From Polyangiales bacterium (GTDB lineage: Bacteria; Myxococcota_A; Polyangia; Polyangiales; Polyangiaceae): a stretch of DNA of 64,000 nt. Numbering within the stretch: the first letter of the stretch is position 1; each line of letters begins with the position of its first letter. The notes below the pieces were generated by a model, which saw only the letters and a list, made by a program, of their open reading frames with translations, made no database searches and was not told the DNA's origin. Position numbers and translations under genes: made by a program. Of the stretch, positions 26,052 to 33,742 are shown in pieces. The stretch spans positions 32,001-96,000 of the forward strand of contig JBBRLQ010000025.1 in the NCBI GenBank assembly GCA_038231275.1. The letters run 5' to 3'.

Positions 26052-26978
26052 ATGACCTCGACCGACCTCGTCGCAAAGATCGCGAGCGCCAAAGAAGGCG
26101 CGACGGTGGTTCTGCCGCCGGGCCGGCATGACGTCTTCTCGCCGATCGTCCTCACCAAATCGGTGCGCGTGCGCGGCGCCGACGATGGGTCGACGGTCCT
26201 CGACGGTGGCAACGAGGGTGCGATCTTCATGCTCCTCGGCAACCGCAACCGCTACGGCTTCGAGACGCTCACGTTCCAGTCGGCGGGCGGGAGGCAAGGC
26301 GGCGCGATCGTGGCCCCCAACCGCAACGAGGTGGAGTTCGAGGGCTGCCGCTTCGCCGACAACCACACGACGGTCGGCGGCGGAGCCGGCGTCCTCTATC
26401 ACGCGCGCGGCGTCTTCCGTCGCTGCGTCTTCGAGCGCAACGTGTCGATGTGCGGCGGCGCGCTCGGCATCGGCAAGGACTGCGACCTCGCGCTCGACCG
26501 CTGCGTCTTCATCGACAACCGCGCGGACGCTGGCGGCGCGCTCTTCGTCGACGACACCGCGGCGCTCGAAATCAAGAGCTGCACCTTCGTCCGCAACGTC
26601 GCCATCCAAGAGGCGTGCGGCGCGGCGCTCTACGTCTTCGGCACCGCGCAGGAAGGGCCCAGCGCCTTCATCGCGAACACCATCTTCACCGAAGAGGGCG
26701 CGCTGTCGGGCGACACCGGCGGGGGCATGGTCTTCGTGACGCACTCGGTCGTCCCGAAAGACGCGTTCCCCCGAAAAGGGTTCAAGGACGTCGGGGGCAA
26801 CCACGCCGGCGCCGTGGAGCTCGTCGACCTCGGCGGCGGCGCCTTCGCCCTCTCGCGCTCGAGCCCCGCCGCAGGTATCGCCGATCTCAAACGCCTCGAC
26901 CCCCGCGCGATCGACATCCGTGGGGAACCGCTGATCCAGGGCAGCCGCGCGAGCCCTGGCGCCCTCGCACCCGCGTAA
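26052..26978 (+). CDS. Right-handed parallel beta-helix protein (Pmp/pectin-lyase-like repeats)
   Basis: Repeated GGA[ILG] and CxFxxN motifs; start uncertain (26019, 26031 or 26052). Confidence 0.8.
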   Translation: MTSTDLVAKIASAKEGATVVLPPGRHDVFSPIVLTKSVRVRGADDGSTVLDGGNEGAIFMLLGNRNRYGFETLTFQSAGGRQGGAIVAPNRNEVEFEGCRFADNHTTVGGGAGVLYHARGVFRRCVFERNVSMCGGALGIGKDCDLALDRCVFIDNRADAGGALFVDDTAALEIKSCTFVRNVAIQEACGAALYVFGTAQEGPSAFIANTIFTEEGALSGDTGGGMVFVTHSVVPKDAFPRKGFKDVGGNHAGAVELVDLGGGAFALSRSSPAAGIADLKRLDPRAIDIRGEPLIQGSRASPGALAPA

Positions 26979-27126
26979 CTCGGCGGAGAGAGGTAGGACC
27001 TCCTGCGCCCCAGTACGGCGATGGCACGTCTGCGGGGGAAAGCCGGCACCGGCGACGTATATCCTTAGTAGACCCCTTCTATTTCACGTTCGGGAGACCG
27101 CCGCCGCGTACCAATGAGGGAGCCGA

Positions 27127-29823
27127 GTGTCCGTCACGTCCAATAACCTCAAGCTGGCGTTCGCCAATGGGAACGAGTCGCTCGACGTGCGGCAGTTCTC
27201 CGTGCACGAGGGGATGAACGAGCTCTTCGAGGTGACGCTCCTCGCGATCTCGGACGACGCGGACGTCGACATCAACGGCATCGTCGGCAAGGGCGCCGCG
27301 TTCAAGCTCGAGACGCCAAACCACCTCGCCGCGCACAGCGTCCGCGTCTGGGCCGGCGTCGTCGCGCAGATGTCGCAGGTCCACTCGGAGCGCGCGCCGG
27401 GCCAGTCGATGTACCAGCTCACGATCGTCCCCGACGTGTGGCGGACGACGCTTCGCAAGAACAACCGCATCTACCAGCACAAAGACACGCCGACGATCGT
27501 GAAGGAGCTGCTCACGGAGTGGCAGATCACACCCGTCGACAAGCTGAAGAACAAATACGCGTGGCACGAGTACGTCGTGCAGTACGGCGAGACCGACTTC
27601 GCGTTCATCTCGCGCCTCCTCGAGGACGCGGGCATCTCGTATTATTTCAGCCACGACAAGACGAGCGGCAAGGGCGCCGACATCACGAAGCTCGTCTTGT
27701 CCGACGAGCCGACGAACAAAGAGAACCTGCGGAGCGGCCCGCTCTCCTACGCCGGGCATCAAACGCCGCGCTTTGGCGCGGACATGGACTTCTGCGCGAC
27801 GGTCACGCTCACGCAGCGCATGAAGCCCGGCAAGCAGACGATCCGCGACTACAACTTCCGCACGCCCCTCCTCAAGTCGTACAAGACGTCGAAGTCCGGC
27901 AAGAAGGACGAGGACAACTACGAGGAGTACCGGTACCAACCCGGCGGCTTCTGGTGGGACACGAAGAAGCCCGAGAAGGACGTCGCGGATCGCGATCACG
28001 CGCCGAACAACGACGAGCCCGGCGAGGGTCAGGCGCTCGCGAAGCGCACGATGGAAGCAGAGCGCCGCCGGCGGCTCCTCGTCGCCTTCCACACGAACGC
28101 GCTCGATCTCGCGCCTGGCAAGATCGTCGGCATCAACCAGGAGTCGGAGCACAAGAACCATCCGCGCAAGGATCTGGCGCCCGACAAGAAGATCCTCCTG
28201 CTCGAGACGAACCTCGAGGGCGAGCACAACGGCGACTGGTCGATGACGTCGACCGGCGTCTTCGCCGACGTCCCGTACCGCCCCGAGCGTAAGACCCCGC
28301 GGCCGAAGGTCTACGGCCTGCAGAGCGCGTTCGTGGTCGGACCCCAGGGGCAAGAGGTCTTCACCGACGAGTACGGCCGCGTCCGCGTGCAGTTCCACTG
28401 GGACCGCGAGGGCAAGTACGACGAGAACAGCTCGTGCTGGGTACGCGTGAGCCACGGCTGGGCGGGCGGCAAATTCGGCATGATGGCGATCCCGCGCGTC
28501 GGCCACGAGGTGCTCGTCGAGTTCTTCGAAGGCGATCCCGATCACCCGGTCATCGCGGGGCGTGTCTACAACGAGACGTCGCCCGTTCCGTGGACACTGC
28601 CCGCCGAAGCGACCAAGAGCGGCTGGCGCACCAACTCGCTGCCGTCGTCGCAGCCCGGCTACAACGAGCTCGTCTTCGAGGACGCGGCGGGCAAGGAAGA
28701 GATCCACTTCCAGGCGCAGAAGACGCTCTCGTCGATCATCAAGAACAACCAGTCGTCGAACATCGGCGGCATGCGCACCGCGGCGATCAAGACCGCCGAC
28801 TCTCTCGACGTCGGCGAGACGATGACGGTGCACGTCGGCGAGAACTACACCGAGGGCATCGGCCAGCACTACACGCTGTCGATCGGCAAGACGACGGGGA
28901 TCGAGATCTCCGATCAGAAGATCGTTCTCTCGACCGGCGACGCCAGCCTTCAGCTCGAGAAGGACAAGATCACCATCCAGGCGAAGGGCAACCTCCACTT
29001 CCACGCCGGGACCGGGATGGAGATCGGCTCCAAGAAGCCGGGCATGGTCATCCTTCAGGGGGGCAAGAACATTCGCGTGAATGACGGCACGGCAGGCCCG
29101 AAGCCGACCGTCGCCACGGTCCCGCAACGCGATCCGCCGAAGCCCGCGACCGGCGGTCCGGACGGCACGCCGCCGGTCATCCCGAGCGGCGGTGGCAAGA
29201 TCGACCCGCCCGGCAAAGTCGACGACGTCAAGGTCGACATGCCCGAGGAGAAGACCAGCGCGGCAAAGCAAGACGAGGCCGCGAAGAAGGGTCCGAAGCC
29301 GCCGCCCGCGGCGCCGGACACATGGGTCAAGGACCACCCCGACGACATCAATGCGGCGCTCAAGGCGCAGCGCGACCTCTTGACCGCGAAACAGACCGAG
29401 CTGAAGACCTGGGACGACCCCGCAAAGGCGAATTTCAAGAAGTACTTCGGCACGACCTCCGACGAGGCGAAAACGAAGATCTCCGACCGCATCGACAAGG
29501 AGCTGGATCTCAACTCCAAAATGACGAAGGACAACTTCCTCCAGGCGGAGAAGCACGAGGACGGGACGTTCGCGTACGTCTACCCCGACGACGCGACGCA
29601 CAAGGTCTACCTCGACAGCGCGTTCGAGAGCGCGCCGCTCACCGGCAAGGACTCGAAGGCCGGCACGCTGGGCCACGAGATGAGCCACTTCAACGACATC
29701 GGCGGCACCAAGGACGTGATCTACGGCATCGGCCCCGCCATCAAGCTCGCGAAGAAGGACCCGACCAAGGCGCTCAATAACGCGGACAGCTTCGAGTACT
29801 ACCTCGAGGGAGCGAAGTGGTGA
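27127..29823 (+). CDS. vgrG: Evolved VgrG with C-terminal M35 (aspzincin) metalloendopeptidase domain, 898 aa
   Basis: VQYGETDFAFISRLLEDAGI, TDEYGRVRVQFHWDR, IPRVGHEVLV; C-terminal FAYVYPDD...HEMSHF..IGGTKDVIYG...ALNNADSFEYYLE. Confidence 0.93.
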   Translation: MSVTSNNLKLAFANGNESLDVRQFSVHEGMNELFEVTLLAISDDADVDINGIVGKGAAFKLETPNHLAAHSVRVWAGVVAQMSQVHSERAPGQSMYQLTIVPDVWRTTLRKNNRIYQHKDTPTIVKELLTEWQITPVDKLKNKYAWHEYVVQYGETDFAFISRLLEDAGISYYFSHDKTSGKGADITKLVLSDEPTNKENLRSGPLSYAGHQTPRFGADMDFCATVTLTQRMKPGKQTIRDYNFRTPLLKSYKTSKSGKKDEDNYEEYRYQPGGFWWDTKKPEKDVADRDHAPNNDEPGEGQALAKRTMEAERRRRLLVAFHTNALDLAPGKIVGINQESEHKNHPRKDLAPDKKILLLETNLEGEHNGDWSMTSTGVFADVPYRPERKTPRPKVYGLQSAFVVGPQGQEVFTDEYGRVRVQFHWDREGKYDENSSCWVRVSHGWAGGKFGMMAIPRVGHEVLVEFFEGDPDHPVIAGRVYNETSPVPWTLPAEATKSGWRTNSLPSSQPGYNELVFEDAAGKEEIHFQAQKTLSSIIKNNQSSNIGGMRTAAIKTADSLDVGETMTVHVGENYTEGIGQHYTLSIGKTTGIEISDQKIVLSTGDASLQLEKDKITIQAKGNLHFHAGTGMEIGSKKPGMVILQGGKNIRVNDGTAGPKPTVATVPQRDPPKPATGGPDGTPPVIPSGGGKIDPPGKVDDVKVDMPEEKTSAAKQDEAAKKGPKPPPAAPDTWVKDHPDDINAALKAQRDLLTAKQTELKTWDDPAKANFKKYFGTTSDEAKTKISDRIDKELDLNSKMTKDNFLQAEKHEDGTFAYVYPDDATHKVYLDSAFESAPLTGKDSKAGTLGHEMSHFNDIGGTKDVIYGIGPAIKLAKKDPTKALNNADSFEYYLEGAKW

Positions 29824-30251
29824 GCGACACGCAGCCCAACGTCCACGTCACGCTCTCGCTGCACTCCTCGGAGCAGCAGCTGGTGGCCACGCTCGTCTAC
29901 AAGAACGCCGGGACGAACGTGGCGTTCATCGATCTCATCAACGGGTGCATCAAGGGCGAGCTGAAGAACGACGTGTTCGAGATCGTCGCGCAAGTGGCGG
30001 GCGCACCGGCGAAGGAGCCGATTCGTTACAAGGGGCCGCGCCTGAAGCGTCGCCAGCCGACCCTCCCGGATTTTTTGCGCCTCGAGGCGGGCGCGGCCGC
30101 CGAAGCCAACGTCCGCCTCGACACGGGCTACGCGTTCCCGGCCGGCCGCGGCACGTACAAGATCGTCTACTCGTCTGTCCACCAATTCCCGCACAACGAC
30201 GACTATTGGGAGCTCACGTCGAACGAGCTCACCGTCACGTTTCCGAAGTGA
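29820..30251 (+). CDS. Putative immunity protein resembling a free-standing M35 protease propeptide, 143 aa
   Basis: GTGA overlap with the vgrG stop; IRYKGPRLKRRQPTLPDFLRLEAG...VRLDTGYAF...GTYKIVY; no signal peptide. Confidence 0.72.
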   Translation: MSDTQPNVHVTLSLHSSEQQLVATLVYKNAGTNVAFIDLINGCIKGELKNDVFEIVAQVAGAPAKEPIRYKGPRLKRRQPTLPDFLRLEAGAAAEANVRLDTGYAFPAGRGTYKIVYSSVHQFPHNDDYWELTSNELTVTFPK

Positions 30252-30277
30252 GAGTCCCCGGAGCGAGCACCTAGAAG

Positions 30278-33067
30278 ATGACCGCCACGTCCAACAACCT
30301 GAAGCTCGCGTTCGCCCACGGCGAAGACGCGCTGGACGTGCGTCATTTCTCCATCCACGAAGGGATGAGCGAGCTCTTCGAGGTGAGCGTCCTCGCCATT
30401 TCGGACGACGCGAACATCGACATCGACGATCTCGTCGGCCAAGGCGCCGCGCTGACCATGGTGATGCCGAACTACCAGGCGCTCCACAAGAAGCGCGTCT
30501 GGACCGGCGTAGTGGCGCACGCGTCGCAGGTGCACGCCGAGGAGCACCCCGGCCAGTCGATGTACCACGTGATGATCGTCCCCGACTTCTGGCGGACGAC
30601 GCTCCGGCGCAACAGCCGCATCTACCAGCACAAGGACGTGCCGACGATCGTGAAGGAGATGCTCCTCGAGTGGGGGATCACGCCCGACACGAGCAACCTC
30701 AAGGCGAAGTACCCGCAGCTCGAGTACTGCGTGCAGTACGGCGAGACCGACTTCGCGTTCATCTCGCGCCTGCTCGAAGAGGCGGGCATCACCTACTTCT
30801 TCAAGCACGACGGGACGAGCGGCACCGGCACGAGCATCACGATCCTGATGCTGAGCGACACGCCGACCGACAAGGCGAACGAGCGCGGCGGCGTCCTCGC
30901 CTACGCGGGGCACCAGACGCCGGCGTTCGGGCGCGACAAGGACTTCTGCTCGACGGTGCTGGTCACGCAGCGCATGAAGCCGGGCAAATTCACGGTCCGC
31001 GACTTCAACTTCCGGACGCCGCTCCTCAAGTCGTACCAGACGGTCCCCTCGGGCAAAGCCGACGAGGACAAGTACGAGCAGTACGACTACGTCCCCGGCG
31101 CGTACTGGATCGATACCAAGCGCATCGAGAAGCCGGTGGCCGACGGCGGCACCGGACCGAACAACGACGAGCCGGGCGCAGGCAAAGACTTCGTGCAGCA
31201 CGGCATGGAGGGCGAGCGCCGCCGCCGCCTCCAGGTCGCCTTCAACACGAACGCGACGGATCTGGCGCCCGGCAAGATCATCGGCATCAACCAGGAGTCG
31301 GACTCCAAGGACCATCCGCGCAAGGATCTCGCGCCCGCGAAGAAGATCCTCCTCATCGAGACGACCCTCGAGGGCGAGGCGACCGGCGAGTGGACGATGA
31401 CGTGCAGCGGCGTGTTCGCGGAGTTCCCGTACCGCCCCGAGCGCCGGACACCGAAGCCGCGCATCTACGGCGTGCAGAGCGCGTTCGTCGTCGGCCCCGC
31501 CGGGCAAGAGGTCTACACCGACGAGTACGGCCGCGTCCGCGTTCAGTTCCACTGGGACCGCGAAGGCAAGTACGACGAGAAGAGCTCGTGCTGGATGCGC
31601 GTCAGCCAGGGCTGGGCGGGCGGCAGCTTCGGCATGGTCAACCTGCCGCGCGTCGGTCACGAGGTGATGGTCGAGTTCTTCGAGGGCGATCCCGATCGTC
31701 CGATCGTGACCGGCCGCGCGCACAACGAGACCTCGCCGGTCACGTGGACGCTGCCTGAGCAGCAGACCAAGAGCGGCTGGCGCACCAACACGCTGCCGTC
31801 GTCGGCCAAGCTCGGTTACAACGAGATGGTCTTCGAGGACGCGGCGGCGAACGAGCTCATCCACTTCCAAGCGGAGAGCCTGCTGTCGTACGTCGTGAAG
31901 GACAGCGAGTCGGCGAGCATCGGCAAGGGCCGCTCAGTGACCATCGGCGGTCCCGACAAGAACGGTCAGCCGGTCGGCCTCGATACGCTCGACGTCGGCA
32001 AGACCGTGAGCCTCAACGTCGGCAAGACGTACGTGATCGGCGTCGGCAAGCAGTACTTGCTCTCGCTCGGGCAGACGACCGGCATCCTCATCACCGACAA
32101 GCGCATCGCGATGACGACGGGTCAGGCGAGCGTCACGCTCAACGGCACGAGCATCAACATCATGGCGCTCGGATCCATCATCTGCAACGCCGGGGGTGCC
32201 GTCGAAATCACGTCGCAGAGCAACCCGATCCTGATTCAGGGCGGGGAGACCGTGCACTTCAACCCCGTGGGGAGCGGCCCGGCGCCGACCCCTGTGCCGG
32301 TACCGCCCGCGCATCCGCCCGCGCCGCCCGACGGCGGACCCGTGGGCACGCCGCCCGTGATCCCGAGCGGTCGCACGCCGGTGGATCCGCCGGGCCCGAT
32401 CGAGGACGCGACGCTGGGAGGTCCGCCGCCGCCCAAGCCCTCCGCGGGCGGTGGCTCGGCCGATTCCCGCGACAGCAAAGCGGGCACGCCGCCCGCCGCG
32501 CCGCCCCCGGCCGCGAAAGACGCCGTCACCGACTTGGGCGGTGGCATGAAGGCCAAGGGCACGCCGGGGTTCGTGTCGGCGGTGAAGGATCGCCTGACGA
32601 CGATCGGAAAGACCACGACCGGCAAGGCGCTCCTCGGCGACATCGCGGCGAGCGGGCACACGGTCACGTTCGAGGAAACGGGCGACGACAACTCCTACTG
32701 CAGCCCGGTCGACCCCGTCGCGGCCGGCGGCAAGGGCAAGCCGACCAGCGTGGACGGGGTGGTCGGGACCGGGAAGGGCTCCGACTCCACCCTCGAGCTC
32801 AACCCCAATTTCACGATGCCGAACCCCGCAGGGAAACCCGAGCCGAACGACGGCGTCTTGTTCCACGAGCTCGTTCACGCCGACGACAATGCTCGCGGTC
32901 AGCGCGACCGGACGCTTGATCCGGTATGGGGCAATCTGGCCGAGAAGCACGCCCTGACGGCGGAAAACGGCTACCTGAAAGAAATCGGCTACGGCTTTCA
33001 CAACATCAATCACGAGGGGGGCTGGGCGCCGGACGCTCCCCCGCCCGCCCCGGTGAAAAAACCATGA
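30278..33067 (+). CDS. vgrG: Evolved VgrG with C-terminal HExxH zincin (M91/NleD-like) domain, 929 aa
   Basis: Core visibly paralogous to 27127..29823; tail TTTGKALLGDI...GKGSDSTLELNP...VLFHELVHA...E...TAENGYLKEIG. Confidence 0.9.
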   Translation: MTATSNNLKLAFAHGEDALDVRHFSIHEGMSELFEVSVLAISDDANIDIDDLVGQGAALTMVMPNYQALHKKRVWTGVVAHASQVHAEEHPGQSMYHVMIVPDFWRTTLRRNSRIYQHKDVPTIVKEMLLEWGITPDTSNLKAKYPQLEYCVQYGETDFAFISRLLEEAGITYFFKHDGTSGTGTSITILMLSDTPTDKANERGGVLAYAGHQTPAFGRDKDFCSTVLVTQRMKPGKFTVRDFNFRTPLLKSYQTVPSGKADEDKYEQYDYVPGAYWIDTKRIEKPVADGGTGPNNDEPGAGKDFVQHGMEGERRRRLQVAFNTNATDLAPGKIIGINQESDSKDHPRKDLAPAKKILLIETTLEGEATGEWTMTCSGVFAEFPYRPERRTPKPRIYGVQSAFVVGPAGQEVYTDEYGRVRVQFHWDREGKYDEKSSCWMRVSQGWAGGSFGMVNLPRVGHEVMVEFFEGDPDRPIVTGRAHNETSPVTWTLPEQQTKSGWRTNTLPSSAKLGYNEMVFEDAAANELIHFQAESLLSYVVKDSESASIGKGRSVTIGGPDKNGQPVGLDTLDVGKTVSLNVGKTYVIGVGKQYLLSLGQTTGILITDKRIAMTTGQASVTLNGTSINIMALGSIICNAGGAVEITSQSNPILIQGGETVHFNPVGSGPAPTPVPVPPAHPPAPPDGGPVGTPPVIPSGRTPVDPPGPIEDATLGGPPPPKPSAGGGSADSRDSKAGTPPAAPPPAAKDAVTDLGGGMKAKGTPGFVSAVKDRLTTIGKTTTGKALLGDIAASGHTVTFEETGDDNSYCSPVDPVAAGGKGKPTSVDGVVGTGKGSDSTLELNPNFTMPNPAGKPEPNDGVLFHELVHADDNARGQRDRTLDPVWGNLAEKHALTAENGYLKEIGYGFHNINHEGGWAPDAPPPAPVKKP

Positions 33068-33714
33068 GCGGCACTACGTCCGCGCGACCGCTGAGGATGA
33101 CGGCGCTCCCAGGCTCAGCCAGCGGAGTGCAGCTCGCGGCCGATGTCTCGCTCGGCGACAGTGAGCTCAATCTCCACGCGCGGGTCGAGAACAAGGGGCG
33201 TGCTGCCATCTACGTCCTCCACGAGCTGTGGAGGATCGGGCCCGACAGGAACCCCGTGCGCGATCCCGAGCGCGCGTATCGCTCGCTCGCGCGCGACACT
33301 CTGCGCGTGCTGCTCGGAGTTCCGACGCTGCCCATCGACCGAACCGTACGTCTTCATATGAAGCCCTTCGCGGCGCGCGTCGAGCCGGGCGGTGCCCTCG
33401 ATCTGCGCCTCGGGCTTCCGCTACCGACGCGCGAGTACAACCCCTACTACACCGACAAGCCCGAGACCGAGTACCACGACGTAACCGCGAACGCGGTGGA
33501 GCTCTACGTCCAGCTCGTCACTCAGGGCGACGGCATCCACGCGCAGCCTGCCGGTTGGCCGTGGGCCGCGGGGCTCTACGACGTCGGTCCCGCGTTCGAG
33601 CTCGGCGGCCAGCATCGAGGGGAGTTCGTCGCCGCAGCCACGCAGCTTCCGGGATTCCGCGCGCTGCGGCGCGTCGGGGATTTCGCCCGCATGTCGAGAG
33701 AGGCAACGCCATGA
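33064..33714 (+). CDS. Putative immunity protein for the M91-like VgrG, 216 aa
   Basis: ATGA overlap with the vgrG stop; beta-rich (ARVENKGRAAIYVL, RVEPGGALDLRL); no signal peptide. Confidence 0.65.
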   Translation: MSGTTSARPLRMTALPGSASGVQLAADVSLGDSELNLHARVENKGRAAIYVLHELWRIGPDRNPVRDPERAYRSLARDTLRVLLGVPTLPIDRTVRLHMKPFAARVEPGGALDLRLGLPLPTREYNPYYTDKPETEYHDVTANAVELYVQLVTQGDGIHAQPAGWPWAAGLYDVGPAFELGGQHRGEFVAAATQLPGFRALRRVGDFARMSREATP

Positions 33715-33742
33715 AGACCTCCATCGGTCGCGGAGGGCTGCG

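Noticed and set aside
27022..27036. TGGCACG upstream of the evolved-vgrG array as a sigma54 promoter
   Set aside because: The downstream TGC is at the wrong spacing (not GG-N10-GC).
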